Below, in pieces: positions 35,807-50,800 of a stretch of DNA of 64,000 nt. Position 1 is the stretch's first letter. Each line of letters starts with the position of its first letter. The position numbers and the translations under genes are program-made. The DNA lies in the NCBI GenBank assembly GCA_040954595.2, contig CM082596.2:4670181-4734180 (forward strand). The letters run 5' to 3'. A model generated the notes under the pieces. The model did no database searches, had not been told where the DNA came from, and saw nothing but the letters and a program-made list of their open reading frames with translations. Origin of the DNA: Balanoglossus misakiensis (lineage: Eukaryota > Animalia > Hemichordata).

Positions 35807-38800
35807 CTATCCTTGAGAAGCAGCAGAGGGTCTGCTGATGGTCGTGTTTGTCGTCATAGCCGTAATTTCCCACCTGGGGAAGAAACAATCAGAGTGAAAA
35901 TAAAATCAAATAAAACTCATTAAACACGTCTCACTGAAGAGATAAACTTTGGAGAGTATGATATATAAACTCCCCCATTTGCTGTGTTCGGGGAAAGCAA
36001 GCAAGACAGCCAGAATGCTTTGGCAGTTTTGCTGTATCATGCAGAAACTGAGAGCACCTTGTTTTATGTCCAATGGGGAGACATGGCATAGAAGTCAATG
36101 TACAATTTGAAAGTAAATCATTTTTTACTAGAATACAACAGAGAAACTAGCACCCGGAGTGCGCTTGATTGTGCTCTCCCAAGGACGCCCTGCCTAGCAC
36201 CCTAAGGAAGCAGAATTATCGAACAAACACACCAAATTGCAGGAGACATTCAAAATGGCAGACGACCAAAAAAATCACCGTAAATTGGAAAACATTTGAT
36301 TTATTTTTAGCCTTCTCACAACAGTGTGTATTGGGGAGGATTATCGCACGCACCACCGGTGACATGTATCAGACTTCAAACTTTTATCCGTTATAGCACT
36401 GAAGAGTAATTTATTTACCACCTGCTGGTATTGGGAGTATAAACAAAACCTGTCAGCCATATTGAAGGGGGAGGACGTGCAACAGGTGTTACCATGACAA
36501 CATTGTTACGACCTCGTCAGAATAGGCTTTATTTTATACAGTTTACAGCCAAAGCCACACACTCCTTAAAATCAGAAGAAGCAGTATTGCTTATTTGCAT
36601 CCTTGAGATGCGTTCAGGCTTCACAACCTTTTTTTAGGTGACAATAATTGGCTGTCTGTCAAATAATACGAACAGTCCTACTACACTATAAACCAGACCA
36701 TGTATGCAAATATATATACCTGCGTTACAAATAGTGTTTATTCACAGTTTACAGCATAGAACTATGTGTATTCCTACATGTATGCACGTGTCTCTTATCT
36801 TAGTGCAAACACACGATTTTTAGAGCATCTTTCATCCACAAATACACAGTTAAAGCCTGTGTAAGTTGTGTGCGTCCATTTTACTCGATGGACGGTAAAC
36901 AACCGAGCCTTCAAATGTGACTGACAGTCGCTAGTGATTGCCCAGTGTATTGGTGTCCTGTAATTTTTGATACCAGCATATCAAAACAGGAATGTCTGTC
37001 GCATCTGTTTTTAGAACAAACACAGGAGAGCTGCCACTGTTTTCTCATCGAAGTAAATTCAACACCCACAAGTTATTTTTAAAATAGCGCCAGGGACACT
37101 GTTGCTCTCATTTGATCAGATTTGGTACATTCTAGTTTGACATATATTGGTTATATTTGGACTCACACTGATCAAAATAGTGAAATAATTGTCAAAAGTT
37201 ACAGACAGTGACTGTCCTTTTAACCCACAAATGCGACGTGCACAAGCAAGTGTTCTACTTTTACTCTTCCTGGAAAAAAAGCTCAATTCAGGGGCTTCAC
37301 CATGATGAGAACTGAAGGTGACCGACGGAGATATTTGTGGAATTTCATTTGTGGTGGCTCAACCTCACGTTGCAATGACTATTTAGAGTGTACGGGACAT
37401 CCATCTCCTTCTCTAGATTCTTAGTTACAGACGTGAGGCAGTGTTACTGTGAAGAATGGTTACAATTATTTAAATTAATAATTAATATGCATTTCACCAT
37501 CACGTAAGGATTAACACCTCTCCGCAACCCATTGTCTATGCGGCCAGAGCCTCAGCACTTATACACAAGCTTTGTGTGTGTCGACACAAGCGACTCAAAG
37601 GATTTATGCTCCGTGTTTACCATGGTCAAATAGTGTCTCAAATTTTACCCTGTGTGAACCTGGTATACTAGTATGTTTGTATCATGTCTAGACAAGTTGC
37701 TATTGGCAACTTACTACCAGTTCACTTCTCACTATTGCTGAACAAAGGCAAAGCCGGGGTTTTCTGTCAAAATCAATCTTATTTCTAACAAAAATCATGA
37801 CATTTCGTCTATAGATGTAACCACCAAACATTCAATACGGCATATCATGTGTTCATTTCAACAAAAGTGACAAATCTAACAAGGTTTTTGAGGAGTTATA
37901 AATAAACGTTCATTTCAAGCAAGGACAGGTACATTTATTTATAATTCACTTTTAGTTTGTTTCTAAAGTCTTGTCAAAAGACAAATTTCTTGAGCAGGGG
38001 AAGTACGACTGGACAAAAAATGGACAATAAATAGGAAAGTAATGAGAATCATTATATGTAATCCAGCGCAGAAAAACCCATAAATCTCTGAATGGTTCAA
38101 ATTTTATTGGAAACATGCAGTCACCAACTCACAGCTTTTATATTGTGCAGATTTTTATGGATTTTTAATGTTGTGTAGCAGCATTGGATATAATGATCGT
38201 ACTAACTTCCCAAGTACAGTTACAATACATCATCGTCCCCCGTTTTTCTTTTTCAGTTGTACGCCAAAGATGATTTACCGCAGCACTTTGCTAATTAAAC
38301 CAATCGTGGCTTTATTGACACTCATTGCGCTACACATCAAATGAGGGCTGCCTCTCAATTAAGTCATCCATCTGAAAATAACGGCACAAGCCCATTATTT
38401 CGGTGCTGAGCCTCTTTACTCCGCAGAACAAGGGGCTGGGGATTAGCGGATTGATGACAAATCCCTTTCAGAGTAATGCGTTAATCTGGATCAGGGATTT
38501 AGGTCATGTATAATAAACTAGAAGCATGGCCACAGGTTGTACCAGAATGCAACCGCCTGTCGTACCTGCCCAGAGAGCGTAATACAATAACAAAATGGCT
38601 ATATTTTCTTTGACGAAAACCAAATTCCACAATTATGAAAACAATCGTGACCATTTGTTGCTATATGGTTGTGTTTATAGGGAGCATCGGTCTCCAAAAA
38701 ACCCAAATACAGCAAAATGAAGCCACAACTGTTTGTTTGATAACAGAATGGGTCACAGACCAAACAAGAATGATAGCACATTTGTGTGCACCTTGTATTA

Positions 38801-41800
38801 ACATTTCTGAAAATTGCCGGCAGATACGTTAAGCGCGTACAACATGACACTTGTCTGTGTCTACTTGAATCTGGCTAAGTTTTAGAGTACGCGTAGATAG
38901 TTCCAAAACGGTCTGCGAATGAAACACATTTCTCTCTCTTTCATAAAGAATTGGTTGACAAAATATTGAAACATAGTAGAAGTCAATGTTTTTGCTTATT
39001 ACATGTATATCACACACAGGCTCTTTGCTGTGTCAATCACCTAACATTTGCTCAGAAACTATGTACATGTACTCGCCCCCGAATGTCGTAAAAATCTGCA
39101 ATGTGCGCTCTCACGATGCTCAAATATTCATTTAAAATGGGAAATTTGCAAAAATCAGGACAAGCATGATCGATCGATGCCTAAACAACATTTTCTGTCA
39201 TTTTGGAGACCCGATTTCATGTAAACATTTTGAGTTTCAGCCATAAATGGGTGTATGTAAATTGGAGGTGACCGTATACCTTTAAAGGCACAGTACATTA
39301 CTTGAAATTTTTATTTTCATGAATGCAATTTTGTACAATTAATTCCCCAACAGATGTGGAAAGTCTGAATACACAGCTATAGTTCAACAAAAGGGTTTCA
39401 GCCATTAACAATAGTCTTCAAAAAATGCCTTTGATATTTAAGCCATTTCTTTTCCATTCTGTGCCGTTTTTAAAAAAGTGTATGCCATGGCAACTCTACG
39501 GTACAGATTTCGATTATTTCCAATAGGATTACCAAGCTATCATCGGTAATACTTTAATAGTTTAGGCTGAAAAGTACTCAATTAAAGTCAAAATGTAATA
39601 AATGCAGTGATTTGAGTGGTTTTTATAGGAGGAAGAATCTAGGTTTGGGATTTTATTGCGAAGATTACGTGAGCCGAGAGATTATGAAATAGCGTTGAAT
39701 GGCAGTAATTCTTATAAGAAGGCTTTACGTAATATTGCATTATATTTCAAGCGATTTGACGGTTCTAAAGAGGATTGCTGGTACTGCAACAAGCATTGAC
39801 TTTTAGGAGCAGGGGGGAGGGGGTTGGAAAAGGGGAATTTGGGGATGGGGAGAGACTGGGAGGGATGAAGATTATCCCTACCTTGCCACAAGAGACTAAT
39901 TATTTCAGATTATAGCAGGAGAAATCTGATAATAATCTTGTACGGTTCCACACTGAACAGAATAATTACACGGTACAAAAAAAAGCACAGCTGGAAAAAG
40001 CCAAAATGAAACAGACTTACCTTATGTCATGCGGCAGATATGATGTGTCCAGCTTGTGAGCAATAACGGCCAATTTGCATAGCGTCTTCAGGGTCGGTGC
40101 TGTAAAAGGACAGTTTTTGTCGGGAGTTAGTGATTGTCCAGAGTGTCTGAACTGCCCATCCTTCATCAGGGGACCATGGATAACTAGACACGTGTACCAT
40201 AAAACAAACCTAGGTTAACATGCCCTTCGAAGTGTACGTATGTATAAGCAGACATATTTAAACAATATTGTGTCACTTCATTTTTATCACAGTACCTCAT
40301 CACCGAGCATGTATAATTGCCATTCAGAAGGCTTCAGTATTGTTTATACCCGAATAGCAAATGTCTGACACTGGTCTAAGGCCTATGGATGCAAATATCA
40401 ACAACCTGATAGATTATTCATTACACTATTGCCAAGATAACCGTAAGATTGGTTTTGAAAAAAAAAAACATTTCTGTTAGGGGAGAACTTGTAATTGGGG
40501 TCATGGATTGACAAACAAGATTTGATAGTGCACACCAAGGTTGAGGAAAGGGGCATTGACATTCTACCTGATAACTATCAGAGAGCAGATTTCAAGACCT
40601 ACTAAGTTTGAAGGTCCTTCCATGCAAATCGGAACAATACGATTGCACTTTGCATGCGAGAATCTTTAATGATGAAAAGCAGGTGAAAAAGCACAGAGAG
40701 ATTTATCAGGAAAGGCTTCGTTTGTTGAGAAAACCCCTGCTGTGTGTCCTTCACATGAGAATTACGAGTCCATCGCCTGACAACAACAACAACAACACGG
40801 ACCTCGGATTGCGATCGCTCGGCAACGAGAGAGAGAGCACTAAGTGGATGGTTTAAGCCGCGTTCGAATCTCTTTCTCCGAAAAACGCTCTCATTAGATC
40901 AACGCTGGGCAGTTTCTGATTCCGGAAACAGAAATCTCACCTCGAAGACGAGGAAACAAACGCGGGGGCCACGCACGCCGGGCCGTGTATACCTCCGCCG
41001 CGCAAACAGGAGACCCATTAGCCAAATCTGCCCTGGATATCGCCGAGCTACATCAAACCGTCCTATTGGAAGCCTTAATGAGGCGTGTCCGGCTTGCTGT
41101 ACTCGGAACAAAATAACATCGTTCTATCCTCTTTTAGATTGAACAGTATCTGACATTGCAAAATCTGGAGTGATACATTACATTCATGTTCCAATTTGCA
41201 GAGTTCAACTCCCCTCCATCTCATCCACTGCTCAAAATAGCCTTGATCGTCATGGTTATTGTCTCCGGGGAAACAAGTGTTGGATGACCCTGCCTTGACG
41301 CTCTCCCGTTTACTGTCCTTTTTTCTATTTCCGTCTGCTCTTTTACCAGGGGGTGTAATTAAGCTGAAGCTCCTGACAAACATAACCATGTCTCGTCAAA
41401 AATGAAAAACAGATACATGGCCTTGCCTGCAGTTGAAGATGAAACACAGATTGTACCCACCAAATATGGTGATTCAGAAGCCTGGTGAATGATTATATCA
41501 GGTGATAAATGTTTTTCTGTGCTATTCACACTGAGTTCAAAGTCATTCCCAATAAGAGAATCCCAGGATGTGAACGCACCACAGTACAATACAAGCACAT
41601 GTATTCCTATGAATGTGTTCGACCAGCACAGTTGATAATTCGAAAAACTGAATCCAAAGGTTTTGATTTTCATTTTGAGAGGATGGAATCTACTAGTATC
41701 GCCTGTGAGGCTATGACTGGCAATGTGCTTTTTGTTTTATCAACGGCTGATAGCTACAATTCCACTAATGGATGCAGTGAGTCTTGTCAAACAAGTTCAC

Positions 41801-44800
41801 CCGGCCTGCAGAGTTATTTCTGAGAGCAGAGCCGTTGTGGTGACAACGATCAAGGGATTACCCTGCAGTGGTGTTTAAATAATTTTTTAATGACAGTTTT
41901 CACCCCTTTTTTTTGCATGGTTGTAAAAATGGCTAAAATCAGCCCAACAATAGTGCAACTGCAACATTTCAGCTAAGATCGTCAAAAAGTCTTGTTTCAT
42001 AAAAGAAAGCGTCTCTCAAGTGTAGTTGGATGTGAAATTGAAATGTGAAATTGAGACGGCATCTGATTTATTAAACACTGTAATATTTTTACATCTGGAT
42101 AACAGGGGACCAAGTTCCACTTTTACCGTATATGGCGATGGTAACACCAAACCTATGGTGAAATGATCTGGGTTTAACCGCTGGACACCGTTACCATAGT
42201 AACAGTGTTTCCCTAGATTCTGTTGTTTCACTTCCAGTTTGGAATGTTTTATAGTGGTGACTTCTCCCCAGTAAAAAATAAACTAACTTTAAGTGCAGTC
42301 CCAGTGCACTGTAGTCGGAACTCTGGGTTTTATTATTGAGGTCAGGCAACTTCCATTCTGGAGTTGGTGATTTTCCCAACTCATGGCTAGGATGTCAAAA
42401 AACAGGGTTCAGAGAGTAGGGAATTACACACTGGCCTGGGAATTTCCAACATTGGGGGTGGGGGTGGGGGCTCAACATTTCCCTACTGTAGGGCGAAATA
42501 ATGTTCAATGAAGTTTTGCACATTCCCAAGTGTTATGTTTCAGCCAAGCAAACATAAAATCTTGGAATTTGTGCACATGTATGTGTATGCATTTATTTAA
42601 AAAAAGGGAAACTGTAAAAACAATCAGCACAATCAAGCAGTTACGAAGTCCTATGTTCCAGCGTTGTTTGGCGAATGCTGAGGTTGCCATGGTAACATTA
42701 ACAGCGTATTTGTACTGGAGACAGTCAAATTGACGATGCCCGCTGTTGAGGGCATTCTGTATAAGTCTGCGAAATTCATCTCAAATTACGCCCAAACTGT
42801 TCCACGCTTCAGAAAAATATGATTGTGAGAAACGGTACAACTTGCATTCTGTAAAATTGGTTACGAGTGGGAGGGAGGGGGGGGGGGGGGGCGGCTTGCT
42901 GAGTATAATTCCACATCCCTCACACAGGATATGGCTGAGAGCAAAGTTTGAACACCACAATTCTACAAACAAGCCAAGGAAGCGCGACAGGTGATCTGGA
43001 ACCCGGGCAGAGACAACTGTACAGGAAGATTATTTCGCCAGCATTTGAAATTCTGTACGCACTCCTGTTATTATTTTCTCAGCCCACACACGAAATGCAA
43101 TCCATGAGTATTGCTTCTGGTTTTATTAGGTGGTTTGACATGACAGAAGTACTAACTTTTGGGGTTATCAGACTAAGAAAATTTTTATCCGAAAAATTTC
43201 AAACAGACTGATTCTGATTGTACAGGGCGATACAATCAATCAATCAATACAGACTATACGATAGACATTGTTTTTTACTGTTATGTATTCCTATGCGCTG
43301 TGGGTGGCATAAGAAACAGCCTCACACACACTGACGGGATTCAGTATGACGTCTTTGCTTTCCTTCGAAGCCTGTCGTGGCAAGGCGTTTCGGTCACAGA
43401 AGACCCATCATGCAAAAAGGACACGCGCCCGGTTGTCACGAAAAACCTTGCCTACTGGAGTGGTGGTCTGCAATGACGCACGCGAGCCCGTACATTGTTG
43501 CCACCAAGTCTTCTATTTAATTGGTTCATCTTGACAGTGTGTGCTCTTCGAACAGGTAGTCGTGCCGCAACTGAATACTGTAAAGCGGGACACCTTCGCG
43601 ACAGGAAACTTACGTGATATAAAAAGCGGCAAACGTGACAATTAATTTTCGCGTCCTCGTATTTTATTGACCTGCTTCCTTTGGAGCAGTGTAGGTGAGC
43701 AACACGATCTATGTGACCTGGTGCACCAGGCCAACCAGGCAATAGTACTGGTCGTGAATATTCAGGTAGCAAGCAAGTAATGGTAACAACGTCAATGGTA
43801 ACAACGTCCATGGTATCAATCCATTTTCCTGCTGTGTTGAGGCTTCATTCAGTTCAACATATATTGTTACACTAACCACATGTTTACCGCCAACTCAATC
43901 GCATTTGTAAATCATTACACAAAATGTTATGGAACTAATCAAAAAACTGCTATTCCCCATAGGCGGCACATGAGGTTAGTGAATTCAACTTTTTACCCCC
44001 CGGAGACCACATGGCAGTGACATCGCTATAGGGGACCGCAGCGTTAGTTTGCGCGCTCTTAAGACTCTCTTTCACGTGGCAATGCAAGGTTACCATGGAA
44101 ACGGGCCGCTCACAGTTCTGTGTGCCACGTATTCAATATCTGAACTGCATTCGTATCACAACTTGGCTGTCGAAAACAACAAAACAGCCAACCGCGATCA
44201 AGGACAGTTGATATTTGTTACTTAAGGGTACGTTGCCTGTGTTTTCACCCTACTTCCTGTTGATGTTCAAGGAGTTCAGTCAACTGTTCTTTAGGATATT
44301 CCACACAATGTCTGTTTCATTCCCGGAATAATGATTTTGTTAAATTCCAAAAAACATCAAATGAGCAGAGTTTTTTTCCTCAAGTAAAACCAAAACTATT
44401 GTTATGTTTTCGAACTGATCTAGTTACATTTTTCCAGGTTATTACTTCAGGATAATTTAGAGAAAACTCGCGGAAATGAAATTGCTTTTGGGAAAGACAA
44501 CAGTACACTAGAATTTATTATGCAGTTGACTGATTTCGTTCTTGATTGAGACATTTGAGATGTTAGAGGGAATTTACTTCAGGAGGAATATGATTGGGGA
44601 TCAGGTCAACTTTGAGCAAAGTGGAAAGGAATTGAACAGTTGTCTGGAAATGTTCTGGAATGAAATACTGTAAAACGGGAAATTTTCACGAACAATAAAT
44701 TTTCACAAACCTAGTTGCGAAATAACAATGTGTACAATACAAGTTTTTTCGGCGATAAAGAGAACGTGAAAGATTAATCAGCGCAAAATAGTCGCTTCTG

Positions 44801-47800
44801 TAGATATCGCGAAAATTTCGTATCGTGAAAATTTCCCGTTTTACAGTATACATCAAACATGGAATGAAACAGACACCAGAATGAATGACTTACCAAAATC
44901 TAAGATATAGAGATCGGAATGATCCATCAAATTGAGGTCGTCCCCTGCCCCCGGTGTGGGGTTAGCGCACGGACTGAAAAGAAAATGACAAAAGAAAGAA
45001 GATAGGTGAACGTGAGCCTCTCAAAGGACCGGAAAAATGTCTGCAGGGGTCCCACGCTCAAAGTCAATGAATATTGTCAACAGTATCATCGCAGTGTTTA
45101 CCACTAGTCTTCTGGAATTTTCTTCACACTTCAATGAAAAGATTTTTTTTTTGAAAAGAAAGCTCAAAGATGAACACATCAGACGTGCATCTATGCAACA
45201 TGACCACAAGAACACACAATAACATGGAGTGACATTCTCATCATCACAGCAAATCTTAGTACTATGGTTACAAATGCAAGACAGCTTTTTCGTTACAATC
45301 TGAATAAAATGTCTATATTTGATTAAATCAAGTAGCAACTGCAATAATTTGCTGCCTGTCCTTAAAATCAACACCACAGTTTTAAATCGGTGCGGCACCA
45401 TTTTAATACATAGCGTGTTCAAATTGCAACATGCAGTCACAATCTGGCATTGATAAGATGTTCATGTATACCTATCAGTAAGCTTATTTAGATGGACCAA
45501 TTTAAGTTGGAAAATAAAATCATGAAAATAATGCAAAAAGTGGCAGCTCTAGAGGCTTTAGCGAATATAATATATGATCATTACCAACACAATATCTGAT
45601 GTCATAAAACTAAATACACGTTATGACATAATCAATTAAAAATTATTAGACTGAGAGAAATTTGATAGTCGAAGAATCAGACTGACGTTATCCGTCGTCA
45701 AGTGATATTTGTTCTCATAAATGTTATCTAAGAAGTGATCAATTTAAATTTTATAGATGAATAATTGGTAGATGTCTATGATGCTTCAAACGCATGCACT
45801 AGATATAACAATAAAACACAGCTGAACGTGTAGGAGATGTTCATTATTGATTTATGACGCAGAAAATTGATGGATTAATTTCAAGGTCTTGTATTACATT
45901 GTTGGGGAGGTGTGTGTGTGTGGGAGGGGGAGGGAAAGTACAAGAATGAATGAGAGTAATATTTGTGCCAGGCAGACCCAAGGTTGGAATCCGCGGCAAG
46001 GACTTTGATGGTTGCATATGGTTGGATCAAATTACGACAATGTAGGATTTGTCCGTATTGCGATTTATAATAGTACTGAAACAGCCAGGCTGCTGTTGAC
46101 TGAAGTATGCATTCAGGATTGCGACTAGCCCTTCTGATTAAAACATGCAGCACAGCACCCATACTGTTGAACCGAACAGTATCAAGAAAGAGGAAATCCT
46201 TGGGACGCAACACCTTAAGCCATGGCTTCTAAATATGGTGATACACACAGACCGCATTGACTACAGAAAATTCAAAGCCAGTAATTTTGTCTCGGTTATT
46301 TACAGATACATCTCGCCTACGTGCACTAGACTTAGACAAATTAAAAAAAAAACATGATTTATCGGTTAATTTCTATGTCATGCATATTTATAAACCTTCA
46401 AAGCATGCCAATCTAGTCGCCGACTTAACCAGTGACCCCCAAAAACTGATCTGTAGGCACCTGATCATGCCTCCCAGCCTCTGGACGGCGGTAAATAACA
46501 CTGAACAGACAAGGATCACTCTATAACACGTGCCTTTTCTGTCTTTTGCCGCAAATTCATTCGTGTAAGTTCAGCTCTCCAGTGACGGTGTCATACTCTG
46601 ACGTGTAGTAAAATGAAATTAAAGTCTGGGATAAATTTCGGCTGCTGTCATGAATATTAATGTTCAAGGAAGGTGTGGGATGTTCATTTGAAGATGGCCA
46701 CTGCCCGAGATAAGTGCAGTGGAGAGATTTGCAGAATTTGTTACTGGTATACGTATTTGCTATGAATTGTGGTACAAACTAGACTGACAAAGTGGAGTGG
46801 AAACTTCTCCTTGTGACGAACAACCAATTAATACACACACTATTCAATAATGAGGGCATTATCTGTAACCGTTTTGGGGGTACTCTTCAGTTAACATTTC
46901 ACATTTGTTCTATATCCAGTATCGCTCAGACGAACGACTCGACGACAATCAATGCTGGAAAGCAAATCGATAAATTGGCCGTAGGTCCAGGAAACAATTT
47001 GGTGAAAACTGCGCAGGCGAAATTGGCTAAACCAAGTCAGAATCTGGATTAAGGTTTTAAAATATCCTACATGGCCTGACGTGATACTTATACTGAACAG
47101 ACAGCTCTCTCTGTTATCATCACACACAACGCTCATAGATAAAACAATGACCTAAATACATTCTGTGCAAATTATTCATGTAAGCGTCTGGCAGGCTGAC
47201 ACAAATAATGTGAGCAGCATTCTACTGATTTTACAAAAAAAAAATATGACTTATAAATATCCAAATTGTTTGGTTTTCATCATGAAACCCTGTGATCAAA
47301 GGAAGAGATACATACAATTCAGAAGAGGATGTTGTAATTGTTGTAATATTTAAAGGGCGACGACTGTCTTATGCGCATGTGCCAAACCAGAGACTCTGGT
47401 TACAAAAATTGTACATAGTCAATGCCATAAGGCAGAGTGATGTCCTAAAACAGACAAGATGGCGACGACCATAGTCTGTGTCAGAAATCCGGAAAAGACA
47501 GCAAATTGGGTGAAAAGAAGGGACAACACTAAAGTGTACTTAGACACTGTGCATGATGAAATATGGAAGGAGGCGAAGGCAGTCCTACTATTTGAATGCG
47601 TTGAATGCAGAATTTGCAGAACATTTAGATTGGATGTAATGTTTGTACACAGCGAGTTTGTTGAGTCAGTGGTGCGTCATATGGGCTTAGAGGGCACACT
47701 GCATATCTCCCATCATCCACTGGGCCCTCTATTGGTTTCTGAAGCAACACCGTAAAATCACCCTTACAGTTGCAAACCACAGAGTCTAAATGATCTCCGA

Positions 47801-50800
47801 GATACTTTGAGATTCAGACCAAGTCACACGAGACACCTGTCGATCTCCGTACAAGACTCCGAGAAGAGAACGGGAAAAAAAAGTGACCACCTGGGGATCA
47901 AAAACACAAGCAGGATCAGGTGTATCTAACAGACACAATTGAAGGTTTCATAATTGAAGTGGAACACTGTGAACAGCCCCGTCTGTTTTTGTAAATTACC
48001 TTCATTCCTCCTTGATCAGGTTAATGAAGCTAATTTTTCAGAGTAATTATTGTTCTTGTGGCAGCAGTTATTCGGAGTGATACAATTACCTCTCATCAGT
48101 GATAGATTATTTCGATTATAATTATGATCCATAATGATTCCCAAGGTGCTCACAAATTTTGGAGCTCATCACGGTTAATGTAAGTCAAAAATTAAGTCAA
48201 AATTGAAATTTGTCAGGCTAGCCGGTACAAGTTTTTACACCAATATTATACCCTAATGCAAATAACTCTCAATTTAAGGCTTGACCCCGCATGTGTCCTA
48301 GTTATAAGCTATATAAGTATTTATTTGATAGTATTCAGAGAATATCTGAGAAAATTAAATATTCTTTAGTGTCAACTTATTCCAGATATTCGCAGCTCAT
48401 GGGCCTTTAAGGCTCGCCCTATACACAATGCAAAGACAGAAAGAGACAAATCGTCCATGTATTTCTGTAGACAACCTATTAGCAGTGCAAAATGCGGGGG
48501 CAGACACTGACTGACAGCAAGTGTAATGAGCGAGAACTAATTTACTGCAGCAGAGTGACAAGCGTGCTGTATATCATTGGCCCTTGGCATTGTTGACGTG
48601 AGCAGAGTGGCCAATCGGGGCGAAATTCTCTGAAACACTCTGCGTTTAGGCGTCCGGGCTGACACTGAGCGATTGGGCGACGGAAATAGCTTTTCCATTA
48701 CCCGCGACCGGTGTGAAGTTTCAACGGGAGATTAACATTTCAATTATCTTGCGGGGGGATCGTTTTCCTCCCGGTTTCCGTGGTGAGGACACGGGCAGTT
48801 CATCGACGACTGAACTGACTGTTGAACAGAAACGACTGGTGGGGCTGGACTCGGTGACTGCCACTGGGCGATTTTAACAGACGGCGACCAAACAGTTTCC
48901 ACGGTGACGGGGAATGTGACACACAGACAAGCTAATACAGTGAAACAAAGTAGCACATACCAGGTTCACACAGGGTAAAATTTGAGACACTATTTGCCCA
49001 TGGTAAAAACACTGAATGCTGTTATCGCCAATCGATAAATTATTACCCCGTACAATCACTTTCGAAGACACATTTCTCTGATAGAATAACTCTGCTGCTA
49101 TTTGCGTTTCGTTCAGTATCTCGTTCAACAAGATGTCCATTCATCATATTTATAGCTGTCTCGGTTTTTAAACAGCTCGTGTTGTACAAATAATCCCCTT
49201 CACCCTCAGTAAATAGTGTTTTATTGACTATTCCTCACAGACTGACACTTATCTATAATTTGCATTTGACTTATCTCTTATTTTGTCTCAGTGAGTTTTC
49301 TGTTGCATCTCATTAATTTCTATCAACATGTAGCAGGATGTCTTATGGCGGCAGCAGAAATCATTAATGTCTATTTATGGATTGAATATTTTTAGAAGCT
49401 GTTATCCATTTGCATGGCTGTCAGTGTAGATGCGGTCCGCAGTGGAAATGTCCCTGCCTCCATATTGCTCAAAATTGTTATCAGGGATTATTTTGGGAAC
49501 TGGCGGACGAGCACAATGGGACTGATTTTATGGGGTTATTAAAGTCAGTGCTCTTGTTTGTCAATTTGTAAAAAAACAACCCCTGCATCAAACAACTGTC
49601 AACAGTTGTATACGACCTTTTTGTCCTCCCGGGGCAATAAACCAGGAAGTGCTTGTCAACAAGAGTTGAAAGGTCAACAGATGTTTACACAACAGAATTA
49701 AAAATATGGAAGTCATTTATGGGAGTCACACAGGCAAAATTGTGACAACCAGGTTATCTGAGACAATTATCTTATCGTTGGGCAAGTTATGTGGCACTTT
49801 TCTTGATTTTCAATGGACAAAATAATAAGTCAATAAAAACTAAAGACAAAGATATGCTCTGACCTTAAAATGACCAATCAATCTATACACCTAATGGTAA
49901 CAGAAAACAAAAAAGTATTTTTAGTTCTGACTTTTGCAATATTTCCAAAGTCTCAAAGGTCACAACTTACAGACGAAAATATCAATCTTTTCAAGGTCTA
50001 CCAGACAAGGAAAAGATACAGTATTTTATCAGCTGTTTTTTCTTATGAAACAATGGTTTGAAATGCCAAGCAGTGACAGGTCTGGTTGCTTTTAATCTCC
50101 AAGACACTTATGTTTTTGGCAATATTGGAATGTATATTATTTCCTGGTATGTCCCAGCCAGTTTCAGAATAGCTTGTCCCATTGGCAATTGAAAAAGGCA
50201 TTCTTTTCATTCAGAATAGAATGAAGGAATCTCCTCTTTGTAACGGCCCATTATTGGTCTAATGCTATTTTGGCAGCCTTTGTACTCAGACATGCGACTA
50301 AAATGCTTTAATTAATTACACTGTATTAAGAATTAGAATTGGAACACAACAGGGCAACGATGATTAAATTTTGAGCTAGATCCCGGAAATTAATCCAGTT
50401 ATGTTATAAATCATCTGCTGGATCTCTGTTTTTAACTCAAGCCCAGCCTGAGTCATACCTGCTACCCAGCCACTGCCTGACTACAACACCTCGACGCAAA
50501 ACGCTCTTTTGTCCTTGAGGAGTCACCTTCCCCATTCGCCGTCTGAACCACAGCGATTGTTCCGAGATCCTAATCCCCAACTGAACAGCCCTGAAGTGTT
50601 GTTTTCTGGCGTTTTTACTTAAATGGAAACGAATAATGCCCGGCGACCTAATACAATGCATAATGCATTTGTTTCATAGTCTTACGCATTTCAAGGGCAC
50701 CATCAATCAAGTCCTAACTCCTCAAAGCTCATCAACTCGTCGAACTCTCGATAGTCAACTGAACAGAAATGCTGATAATACTTGTATTTTAAGTCAGTGC

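Noticed and set aside
37130-37160. Stretch loosely resembling miR-190 (also a miR-219-like start at 40131)
   Set aside because: Only partial matches to recalled mature sequences, and no convincing precursor hairpin.
39265-39300. Isolated TTAAAGG/CCTTTAA ends (also ~29236, ~37215, ~47349, ~52643, ~59040, ~63836)
   Set aside because: Probably Kolobok-type MITE ends, but partner TIRs could not be matched by eye, so boundaries are unsupported.
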